IMG/VR virus record: IMGVR_UViG_3300033177_000036 | Reading direction: 5' to 3' (one strand) | Length of the DNA: 20,061 bases | From: a virus | Shown here: positions 1 through 7,098 of the stretch, piece after piece | How the letters are laid out: each line of letters starts with the position of its first letter | Position numbering within the stretch: the stretch's first letter is position 1 | Notes under the pieces: generated by a model | The model's input: only the letters and a program-made list of their open reading frames with translations | Database searches by the model: none | Told to the model about the DNA's origin: nothing | Position numbers and translations under genes: made by a program

Positions 1-2126
1 CCGAGGTCGCGGGCGGCTCCGAAAACGGTCTTGATCCCGTCGAGAATCTTGTGGCCGACTTCGGCCCATTCTATGGCCGCCAATTTCTCTTTGATGTAGC
101 TGCCTATCGCCCCGCCTATGTCGGCGAGACCGGACGTGATCTTGTCGGCGAGGTTGGACCAATCGTAAGATGTGAGGGCCTCGTAAAGCGTCTCGCCTAC
201 GTCCGAGAGGGCTCCGAAGCCCTGGCCGATCAAGCCGAGGATGGTATCGCCGACGCCGCGCCAGTCGATCTCCTTCAGCTTTTCGACGACTGCGCCGCCT
301 AAGTCGGTGAGGGTCTCGAAGGCAGACCGAAGCCCTGAGCCAATAGTGGAAGCGATCGAAGACCAATCGACCGACTTGAGCGAAGATACGATGTAACTAC
401 CGATGCCCCTAAGCTCGGTCCAAATGCCGCCCCAGTCGATCGACTGGAAGCCCTCGAGGATGTAGTCGCCGAGGTCATGGAGAGCGCCGAAGGCCGTATA
501 GGCCCCCAGGACGACGGTATCCCAGACCCCGCCCCAGTCCACGGCTCGGAGCCAGGACGCCACGCTGTTGGCTATGCCTCGGAGACCCGACCACACAGAT
601 TGTGCCGCCGATACGGCTTTCTTGAAGGCGGATTTGGTATCCGATTGGAGGCCCCGGAACATCTCCCCCCAATCCACATCTGAGAGGTATTTGACGAAGT
701 TCCCTGCTTCAGCTCTTAAGATGTCGAATGCCTCAGTGATATTGCCCTGACTCAAAGCTCCGAATAACTCGAATGCAACGTCTTTTATGTGGCCGAACGC
801 CGAGGCGATTGCATCGAAATGCTTATGCACTTCGTATCCGGCGAGCGCAGCGAAGGCCGCAGCCACTAATCCCAAAGGAGAAACCAACGCACCGACCGCT
901 CCGACAATAAGAGCGAGTGCCGGGATCATATGTGAGAACAATATCAGCGCAGGCCCAACGACCGCCGCAAGTCCGGCGATGGTGGCGATGAGCTTCACCG
1001 TTCCGCTGTCCATCTCGCCGAGCTTCCGGACGAAGGGCGTGATGGTGTCCTTCACAAGCGACGTGAGGGGCGGTATGAGGACGTCGCCGAAGACCAGGGC
1101 CAGCTCCTCGCCAGCAGAACGGAGCTGTTTGAGAGCACCCCAAAGAGTGTTAGTTTGGGTCTCCATCATCTCAGTAGCTTTGGAAGTGCCCGTGATGGAT
1201 GCCGTGTATCCTTCGAGAGCATCCTGGCCCTGGCCCAAAAGGGCCAGCATACCGGGCCCGGCCTCCTGGCCGAAGATGGCGACGGCCTGAGCCGCCGAGA
1301 GGTTCTTCGATTCCAAGACACCTATGATCTCGGCGAGGCTATGGGTCGCAGGGTTGACGTCCTCGATGGAGAGGCCAAGTTGTTTCAGCGTCTCGGCTGC
1401 GGCATCGGACGGCTTCAGCAGAGCCGATAGAGCCCCACGAAGGACCGTCCCGGCTTGCTCTCCCTTGAAGCCAGCGTTGTAGAGGCCCATCAGGCCGCCG
1501 GTGGTCTCCTCCAGACTCCAGCCGAGAGAGTTTGCTATCGGCCCGACATACCGCATTGAGTAGGCGAGCTTGTCGAGGTTGGCCTGGCTGTTGCTGGTTG
1601 CAGCGGCGAAGACGTTCGCCACCCGGCCAGCGTCCTCGGCGCCGAGCCCAAACTGGCTTATGGTGGCGGTCATCAAGTCGGAGGTGAAGGCGAGATCTTT
1701 GCCACCAGCGGCGGCGAGTTTCAGGGTGTCATTCAAGCCGGCGACGATCTGCTGATCCTTCCACCCGGCGCTCGCCATGTAATACATGGCGTCGGCCGCT
1801 TGCGATGCAGAGAAAACAGTAGTGGCCCCGGCTTCTCTCGCCGCTGCCGAAAGGGCCTTCTGAGCTTCGACACCTCCGCCGGTGACAGAGGCCACATTGG
1901 CCATCGATTGCTCGAAGTCGCCCGCCAGTTTCAGGACGCCAGCAGCCGCCCCGGCTATCGGAAGAGTGAGGCCCATCGTGAGAGATTGGCCTATCTCGCC
2001 CGCCTTCTGAGCCACAGAATCAATCTTAGATCCGAAGGTATCGAGCTTCGATCCGGCGGTAGCTAGACCGCTATCGAATCCCTTGTCTGAGAGGTATAGG
2101 CCTGCCTCTACACGGCCGACTTCCAT
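1..2126 (-). CDS. Tape measure protein (TP901-like N-terminal core), 3'-truncated at the window edge
   Basis: Manual translation from ATG 2126 (SD GGTGA upstream) is open to the edge: MEVGRVEAGLYLSDKGFDSG...DFEQSMANVASVTGG...FSASQAADAMYYMASAGW...LDKLAYSMRYVGPIANSLGWSLEETTGGLMGLYNAGFKGEQAGTVLRGAL..., followed by (D/E)W helical repeats. It lies directly downstream of the tail chaperone. Confidence 0.95.
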   Translation of the reverse strand, partial: MEVGRVEAGLYLSDKGFDSGLATAGSKLDTFGSKIDSVAQKAGEIGQSLTMGLTLPIAGAAAGVLKLAGDFEQSMANVASVTGGGVEAQKALSAAAREAGATTVFSASQAADAMYYMASAGWKDQQIVAGLNDTLKLAAAGGKDLAFTSDLMTATISQFGLGAEDAGRVANVFAAATSNSQANLDKLAYSMRYVGPIANSLGWSLEETTGGLMGLYNAGFKGEQAGTVLRGALSALLKPSDAAAETLKQLGLSIEDVNPATHSLAEIIGVLESKNLSAAQAVAIFGQEAGPGMLALLGQGQDALEGYTASITGTSKATEMMETQTNTLWGALKQLRSAGEELALVFGDVLIPPLTSLVKDTITPFVRKLGEMDSGTVKLIATIAGLAAVVGPALILFSHMIPALALIVGAVGALVSPLGLVAAAFAALAGYEVHKHFDAIASAFGHIKDVAFELFGALSQGNITEAFDILRAEAGNFVKYLSDVDWGEMFRGLQSDTKSAFKKAVSAAQSVWSGLRGIANSVASWLRAVDWGGVWDTVVLGAYTAFGALHDLGDYILEGFQSIDWGGIWTELRGIGSYIVSSLKSVDWSSIASTIGSGLRSAFETLTDLGGAVVEKLKEIDWRGVGDTILGLIGQGFGALSDVGETLYEALTSYDWSNLADKITSGLADIGGAIGSYIKEKLAAIEWAEVGHKILDGIKTVFGAARDL
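66..671 (-). repeat. Degenerate [VI]-[DE]-W protein repeats in the tape measure protein
   Basis: Trp codons of (D/E)W motifs fall at 671, 536, 434, 365, 263, 161 and 68, giving spacings of 45, 34, 23, 34, 34 and 31 aa. This approximates the 11-residue periodicity typical of TMPs. Confidence 0.8.
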
Positions 2127-2130
2127 GTTG

Positions 2131-2604
2131 TCACCTGGCGTTTTTCAAATGTTCATATCCTGGAGGAGGCTCGATGCCGTGAAGCGTCCAGGCTTCCCGG
2201 ATGCGATCCTCCAGGGGAGGCACTTCGACCCGCTCAGCGGGCCGCTTGGGGAAGTGCTGATCGAAGCCCCGGAGCTTATCAGCCCGTGAAAGCGCTGCGA
2301 CATTATAGGCAAGATGATTAAGCTTATCTTGCTCATCTATAAACTTTTTCCGGTGAGCATCGATCTTAATGTTAAGTTCGTCTATGGTGAGTTTCCAGAA
2401 CTCTTGAGGAGATAGGCCTAGCTCACCGATCCCGGTTCGCTCTGCTTCTCTCCAGTTCCAGGCGGTTCTCCGGGCTCCTCCAGAATATTCTTGTAGGTCG
2501 CCTCCATTGCGTCCAGACCTTCCATTGCTGCCTTCCGTTTGGCCCTTAGCTCGGCTTTGTTGACCGTGAGTATCCGCTTGATCTCGCCAGAGGTGTAGTT
2601 TCCC
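2131..2604 (-). CDS. Tail assembly chaperone T-like segment (-1 frame extension of the chaperone gene)
   Basis: The -1 frame is open from 2634 to TGA 2133-2131 with no ATG. It encodes WNWREAERTGIGELGLSPQEFWKLTIDELNIKIDAHRKK...HLAYNVAALSRADKL..., which resembles gpT-like segments. A G-GGA-AAC slippery heptamer is in frame at 2604-2598. Confidence 0.8.
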   Translation of the reverse strand, partial: GKLHLWRDQADTHGQQSRAKGQTEGSNGRSGRNGGDLQEYSGGARRTAWNWREAERTGIGELGLSPQEFWKLTIDELNIKIDAHRKKFIDEQDKLNHLAYNVAALSRADKLRGFDQHFPKRPAERVEVPPLEDRIREAWTLHGIEPPPGYEHLKNAR

Positions 2605-2876
2605 GTGGCGTCCAGCACCGCCTCCATCAATGTCTCAGTCAAAGACGAGAGGCCACCGTGCTTTTCGCTCCAGTCTGACATAAATTTGCCAGCGTCGGCT
2701 ATGGTGAACTTCTCATCAAATGTCCGAACGCCAGCCCACAAGATACCCCTGACCACCTTCCGGAAGGCGATGTTCTGAATGAGAGCATCTATCGGGAGGT
2801 TCAGAAGGTCTTCAACGGCAAACTGAGCCTCCATATCGAGGCGAAATTTCCGAACGTCTTTATCGGAAAGTTTCAA
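2418..2876 (-). CDS. Tail assembly chaperone (gpG-like)
   Basis: Lies between tail tube and TMP; helical sequence (FRLDMEAQFAVEDLL...ILWAGV). TTG start per the ORF track; an in-frame ATA at 2894 behind GGATGTGAT is an alternative start. Confidence 0.85.
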   Translation of the reverse strand: MKLSDKDVRKFRLDMEAQFAVEDLLNLPIDALIQNIAFRKVVRGILWAGVRTFDEKFTIADAGKFMSDWSEKHGGLSSLTETLMEAVLDATGNYTSGEIKRILTVNKAELRAKRKAAMEGLDAMEATYKNILEEPGEPPGTGEKQSEPGSVS

Positions 2877-2905
2877 GTTGTATGTCTTGGTTATTATATC
2901 ACATC

Positions 2906-3904
2906 CTAACTGTAAGTCTCGTCTTTCCAGTGGTAGAATGCCCCGGTGAATCTCCAGGTCATCTTAGATTTGATGACCTCGCCGACCGAAGCGTTCACGG
3001 GCGCGCCTTCGAGATAGCCGTCTGCTTCTATCCGATGCCGCCCGGTGTCGGTGTTCACGAAAAAGACAGCGATCATGTTCTGTCGCAGGTCTCCAGAGTG
3101 ACCTGGAGTGACCCAATAATCAGAGACGTCGCCGGACCCGCCCACCAGGCCAGGCAGGAACTCTTTGTGACCTCCGGAGCAGAACGTCGTGACCTCTTTC
3201 ATGTCTACTTCGGGGCTGACGCTGAAATCGTAGGCATGGCAAACAGCCTCCATGATATGCTTCGTCCCCGAGGCCCTGAATAAGTCGGTTGGGTCTTGTG
3301 CTACTGAAAACGTGATCAGGCCGCGATAATAGTCCACCGTGAACCCGGTCGTGATCTCGCCCCACGATCCACCGCCTAGGGGGTTCTTCTCGATCGTGAG
3401 CGTCTCGCCAGAATCCCAGTAGCGATCAGCGATAGCGGCTGCCTGGTAGTGCTTGTGGTCTCCGAGATCGACGAGCTCAACGTTCGTGAAGCTCTCGGTC
3501 GTGGCGGTGGACCCTCCAGATAGAGACGTCGAGCCCATCGCAGTCACGACGCCGGAGCCGTCGTTCCCGGTAGCCAGAGCGGCAGAGACCCATTTGGCTG
3601 CCAATTCGTCGGCATTGATCGCGTCCATGACCTGCTGAGCGGTAGACGTGATGGCACCACCAGATCCGGTAGCAAGATAGACGGTTATGGTCTGCGTCGA
3701 TTCAGCCACAGATATTGAGAGCTCTGCGTTATTGGCGCTCGGATCTCTGTATATGATCTCTATGGCATTGCCCGCCGTCCCCGGAGGGACCGCCGTAAAC
3801 GTGAGGTCGTTGTTGTCCCCGACTAGATCCGTCGTGAGTGTGGCCCTCTTCTGAGTCTCCATGAAGAAACTCGATGCGTAACCCGCAAGAGCGGCGGTAG
3901 TCAT
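2906..3904 (-). CDS. Tail tube protein paralog 2, with two inserted domains
   Basis: The C-terminal part (HAYDFSVSPEVDMKEVTTFCSGGHKEFLPGLVGGSG...VNASVGEVIKSKMTWRFTGA) aligns by eye with the 146-aa tube protein upstream. About 200 aa are inserted after the first strand. Confidence 0.8.
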   Translation of the reverse strand: MTTAALAGYASSFFMETQKRATLTTDLVGDNNDLTFTAVPPGTAGNAIEIIYRDPSANNAELSISVAESTQTITVYLATGSGGAITSTAQQVMDAINADELAAKWVSAALATGNDGSGVVTAMGSTSLSGGSTATTESFTNVELVDLGDHKHYQAAAIADRYWDSGETLTIEKNPLGGGSWGEITTGFTVDYYRGLITFSVAQDPTDLFRASGTKHIMEAVCHAYDFSVSPEVDMKEVTTFCSGGHKEFLPGLVGGSGDVSDYWVTPGHSGDLRQNMIAVFFVNTDTGRHRIEADGYLEGAPVNASVGEVIKSKMTWRFTGAFYHWKDETYS

Positions 3905-3919
3905 CGATTATACCCCCGA

Positions 3920-4360
3920 TCAGACGGAGTCTGCATCGTAAGTGATCGCGCCTGTGAACTGGAAGGTGAACTTGAGATCTACCTTATCTCCGACGCTGGA
4001 TGAGATAGGCATCGACTTCAGGAAGCCGTCTCCATAGATCCCGTATCCGTTGTTGGAGCCGTCGTCGTCCATGTTCACCCGGAGGGCGAACTTAGTCTTA
4101 TTCCGGAAGTTCGTCCAAAGGGTATCTTGGCCGCCGCTGTCGCTTTTGAGATACCTAGCCGTGACTGAAACCTGGCCACCGTCGAGACCGGCCAAATATT
4201 CTTTGTGATCTCCACTGTCCCGACTAGTCACTTCGACCATATTGACATCCCAGGCCGCGTCGAAGTCTACGACCTCTCCTATGGCGTGCGATGCCGTTTT
4301 TCCAGATCCGGCCGTATCTATATAGACCGTTCCGTTCCATACAATTGCCGCAGTTGTCAC
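3920..4360 (-). CDS. Major tail tube protein (paralog 1)
   Basis: EVTSRDSGDHKEYLAGLDGGQVSV...SSVGDKVDLKFTFQFTGA pattern of siphovirus tube proteins; GTG start with SD GAGGTG. Confidence 0.85.
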   Translation of the reverse strand: MTTAAIVWNGTVYIDTAGSGKTASHAIGEVVDFDAAWDVNMVEVTSRDSGDHKEYLAGLDGGQVSVTARYLKSDSGGQDTLWTNFRNKTKFALRVNMDDDGSNNGYGIYGDGFLKSMPISSSVGDKVDLKFTFQFTGAITYDADSV

Positions 4361-4373
4361 TTGTCAACACCTC

Positions 4374-4745
4374 TTAAATCTTTTTCATGACTTCAAAGTC
4401 ACAATACCATTTCACAATCCCAGAATCGCTTTCAAGCGACATCTGAGCCGGAGGATGCAGAGCCCGGCAAAGCGGGTACCACGTGCCGCTCAGGGTCCCG
4501 TTCGTCTTCGTGAGCGTGGCCCGGATGGCATGGCACAACGTCGCCGCCGTCTGCTGGTTTTCGTTTCTCACCTGGACTTGGAATCTTGGGTATTCGTAGC
4601 CCAGGAGGTCGTCGGGCTTACCGCCGTACACCTTCAACATCACGCAATTAACCGGACTGTTTGGGAGGTAGCCGTATGTCAGGTTGGCCGTGGTGCAGTG
4701 GCCCGCCGCTATCAGAACCGCCCCGATGTCGGTTATCACGCTCAT
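4374..4745 (-). CDS. Tail terminator / 'minor capsid 3'-like neck protein
   Basis: GYLPNSP...YEYPRFQVQVR...WYCDFEV pattern; position just upstream of the tail tube. Confidence 0.75.
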   Translation of the reverse strand: MSVITDIGAVLIAAGHCTTANLTYGYLPNSPVNCVMLKVYGGKPDDLLGYEYPRFQVQVRNENQQTAATLCHAIRATLTKTNGTLSGTWYPLCRALHPPAQMSLESDSGIVKWYCDFEVMKKI

Positions 4746-4746
4746 C

Positions 4747-4950
4747 TCAAAGCCTCGGAACTATCCAACCATAGCCCATCAGGAGAACGAGGAGACCGAA
4801 GCCACCGGCCAAGGCGCTTCTCCAGTTCTCCAAGGCTCCAATCCGATGGTCGGTAGATTTCTGCCAAGCGCACTGAGTATCAAACTTCTTTCGGATATAG
4901 GATATGTTCTCTTCCATCCTGATTATCCGATCGTGGTCTTCGTCGCCCAC
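4747..4950 (-). CDS. Coiled-coil plus C-terminal TM protein (XhlA/holin-associated-like)
   Basis: RIIRMEENISYIRKKFD...RIGALENWRS followed by hydrophobic ALAGGFGLLVLLMGYGWIV. GTG 4950 preferred (SD GAGGTG 5 nt upstream) over the track's 4959. Confidence 0.6.
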   Translation of the reverse strand: MGDEDHDRIIRMEENISYIRKKFDTQCAWQKSTDHRIGALENWRSALAGGFGLLVLLMGYGWIVPRL

Positions 4951-5021
4951 TACCGCCACCTCTTTATATTATTTCGATCCAATCCCGTCTTGCGGGCTCT
5001 GCGAGATCCCCTCTCAAACAT
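4950..5021 (-). CDS. Putative 23-aa basic peptide MFERGSRRARKTGLDRNNIKRWR
   Basis: ATG 5021 with GGGGTG upstream; its TAG overlaps the next GTG (TAGTG). It fills the gap between two membrane genes. Confidence 0.4.
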   Translation of the reverse strand: MFERGSRRARKTGLDRNNIKRWR

Positions 5022-5036
5022 GGTCTCGCACCCCGC

Positions 5037-5222
5037 TTATGCTGACACCGTCCCCGCTGTGGCTCGCCCGGCGAAGTAGTATCCGTAGCTCATCAGCGTG
5101 AGGTCGGTGAACGTCTTCGTGATCGAGTCGGGAACCGTCACTCCCCCGAATGGGAGGACAGCGAACCCGACGAGTGCCCCGGTGGATATCAGAGTGAGGA
5201 TCAGCCGGGTACTGACCGCCAT
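5037..5222 (-). CDS. Small two-TM protein, holin-like
   Basis: 61 aa with two hydrophobic segments (LILTLISTGALVGFAVLPF; FTDLTLMSYGYYFAG); SD GAGGAG. Confidence 0.6.
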   Translation of the reverse strand: MAVSTRLILTLISTGALVGFAVLPFGGVTVPDSITKTFTDLTLMSYGYYFAGRATAGTVSA

Positions 5223-5226
5223 CTCC

Positions 5227-5517
5227 TCATCTCCTCCCGAGCTTGATCGCCGTGCTTTCGGCTGCCTTCATCTTCGCGTCCTGGTGGTCTACCTCGGACT
5301 GGCCAAACTTCGACAGGGCTTCTTCTCGGGTGTAGATCTGGCCGTTGTACCCGATGTACCTGACCTCACCGTTTCTCATCTTCGTGTAGCCTGCGAGGAG
5401 GTTCTTCTCGGGGCCTTCGAAGGGGATACATCCCAGGCCGCCATCCTCAGTCTCTACGATCGTCAATGACCCGCCGCATCCGGGGCAGGCCACGGTTCCA
5501 ATTACTTCATTTGTCAA
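5227..5517 (-). CDS. Hypothetical protein with an N-terminal CPGC
   Basis: 96-aa ORF that fits tightly in the operon; protein-like composition. Confidence 0.7.
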   Translation of the reverse strand: MTNEVIGTVACPGCGGSLTIVETEDGGLGCIPFEGPEKNLLAGYTKMRNGEVRYIGYNGQIYTREEALSKFGQSEVDHQDAKMKAAESTAIKLGRR

Positions 5518-5521
5518 TTTG

Positions 5522-5869
5522 TCACCTCAAAACAACTCCGATAGCCGCGCCGATGTTTTTGATAGCGCTGTCGGAGCTTTCACTGAATTCATTCTCCAGA
5601 AACTTAGCTTCGCCTTCGTCGTGGTGGAGGGATGTGTCTTCGTGTTGCCGGACGGCGTAAGGCGTCGAAAAGCTGATAGTCGATCCCATAGCAACGTCGT
5701 CAACGTGGCCCGATCCTCGGAGAGGCCCCTCGTCAATCGGAGTCCGGGGGATCGTCCGGGTGAGGATGCCCTCGGCCTCCTGGTGGATTGCTTTCTTCCC
5801 GGCCACGAGTGCAGCGGCCGAGAGGGCTTTGCCTTTCCAAGTAACCTTGACCTTGGACGCTATAGCCAT
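5522..5869 (-). CDS. HK97 gp10-like neck/tail-completion protein
   Basis: RTPIDEGPLRGSG...ISFSTPYAVRQHE...GEAKFLE motif. ATG 5869 with SD GGAGGG; the track's N-terminal extension overlaps the upstream gene. Confidence 0.85.
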   Translation of the reverse strand: MAIASKVKVTWKGKALSAAALVAGKKAIHQEAEGILTRTIPRTPIDEGPLRGSGHVDDVAMGSTISFSTPYAVRQHEDTSLHHDEGEAKFLENEFSESSDSAIKNIGAAIGVVLR

Positions 5870-6159
5870 CCCTCCCAGAAGGTAGTTTGACCGCCGAGGC
5901 CCGGAACGTGGCTTATCTTCTGGATCTCTTTCGTGACCCCGCCGAAGGTTATTTTGTCGCCCTTCTTCAGCTCCACGTCGGCGAAGATGTGCGCTTCCGA
6001 GGTCCAGGTCTCGGTCTCCGATAGCCGGACGAGTTTCGCCGCCTCCTCGAATCTGCAAGAGATCGTCACAGGATCGGCGTAGGTCTTCCCCCAGGGGCCA
6101 TCTCCTGTGAGGCTCTCCAGAGTTGCCGTCTGTTTCAGGAGGGGCGTCATCAGGCTCAT
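5860..6159 (-). CDS. Head-closure (stopper) protein
   Basis: GDGPWGKTYADPVTISCRFEE...LKKGDKITFGG pattern; ATG 6159 overlaps the upstream TGA (ATGA). Confidence 0.8.
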   Translation of the reverse strand: MSLMTPLLKQTATLESLTGDGPWGKTYADPVTISCRFEEAAKLVRLSETETWTSEAHIFADVELKKGDKITFGGVTKEIQKISHVPGLGGQTTFWEGWL

Positions 6160-6656
6160 ATTACGCACACATCCCGCGCCAGGTAGCGCTCCAGAAGCCG
6201 CCACGCCCGCTTTGAGTAGAACCCCTCTCTCGAATCTGATGTAGAAGAGCCCCGGAACTCGTACTGAAGCCCCGTCCCGGAGATCCGGACGGACTTCACA
6301 CCGTGCTCTTGAAGGTCGTCCACCTCGTCGTAATCGCTGGATGCGGTCGCGGCGAGGATCGCCACCGCTTCGAGACAGATCGCGTCTTTGATCGCCTGGG
6401 GGATCACGTAGGCGTCGGCGTCCTCGTCGTAGTCGTAGGCCCCGAGCTGATCCACCCGAGGGAAAAGTTCCTCCTGGCCTTCCTCTACCGTCTCGTACCT
6501 CTGGCCTACAAAGGCCAGGCTTTCGAGCTTCTCGACGGCCCGGTCTAAGAGGATCTGTCTGTCGCCGTCACTGGCTGCGTTCCAGGCAGTCAACTCGGAT
6601 GACAGGCAGAGGGCCACAAGGCGCGTCTTAGCGTCGGCGAGGAGGATGTAGGCCAT
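6156..6656 (-). CDS. Head-tail adaptor (DnaT-like family)
   Basis: MAYILLADA...W...LLDRA..LE...FVGQR...QEELFPR...IPQAIKDA pattern; position downstream of the MCP. Confidence 0.8.
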   Translation of the reverse strand: MAYILLADAKTRLVALCLSSELTAWNAASDGDRQILLDRAVEKLESLAFVGQRYETVEEGQEELFPRVDQLGAYDYDEDADAYVIPQAIKDAICLEAVAILAATASSDYDEVDDLQEHGVKSVRISGTGLQYEFRGSSTSDSREGFYSKRAWRLLERYLARDVCVI

Positions 6657-6664
6657 GTGCTCCC

Positions 6665-7096
6665 CTAGACTGGGAACTTAAACGCCTCAATCGTCCCGTC
6701 GGTGGAGTTCGTGTTCACCAGGAGATAGCCGGTCTCATTGACGAACCGGGCGCTCTCAAAGGGACCGATCCAAGTCTCAGAGGTGCCGTTGGCAATGGTG
6801 ACAGTCAGATTCCCCAAAGAGGATCGGAAGGCAGGGGGATCGTCGCCAGCAAGTACCGTAATCGTCACGTTGCCGGATTCGACCACCCTCAATAGGGTTC
6901 CGGGATAGAGGGCAATGGTGTGGTTGTTGGTGGAATTGAGAGTGACAGGCGTGGCCATTGATGCCGGTTCGCCGTTCTCAACCAGGGTGGTGCAATTGAT
7001 CACAGTCCTGGCACCGGAAGCCATAGGCAGGGCGAGGAGACCGACCAGAAGAGCGGCCCCCAGGATTGCCATGAATAGTTTCTTCATCATCATCAC
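6665..7096 (-). CDS. Signal-peptide-bearing, sequon-rich beta protein in the capsid decoration-gene position
   Basis: MKK plus hydrophobic LFMAILGAALLVGLLAL plus PMASG|A cleavage-like site. Eight NxT sequons among 11 Asn. SD GAGGTG suggests a start at ATG 7090 or 7087. Confidence 0.8.
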   Translation of the reverse strand: MMMMKKLFMAILGAALLVGLLALPMASGARTVINCTTLVENGEPASMATPVTLNSTNNHTIALYPGTLLRVVESGNVTITVLAGDDPPAFRSSLGNLTVTIANGTSETWIGPFESARFVNETGYLLVNTNSTDGTIEAFKFPV

Positions 7097-7098
7097 CT

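Noticed and set aside
51-2289. Plus-strand ORFs over the tape measure gene (e.g. 787-1290, 1155-1430)
   Set aside because: Antisense shadows of a GC-rich coding region, with no SD or promoter context and non-protein-like composition.
2145-2336. 63-aa minus-strand ORF from the track (MSKISLII...)
   Set aside because: Wrong frame. The overlapping start-less -1 frame encodes the recognisable chaperone T-like sequence.
5870-6058. N-terminal extension of the gp10-like ORF; likewise 6160-6204 of the stopper ORF
   Set aside because: They overlap upstream genes in another frame; better SD/coupled starts exist at 5869 and 6159.
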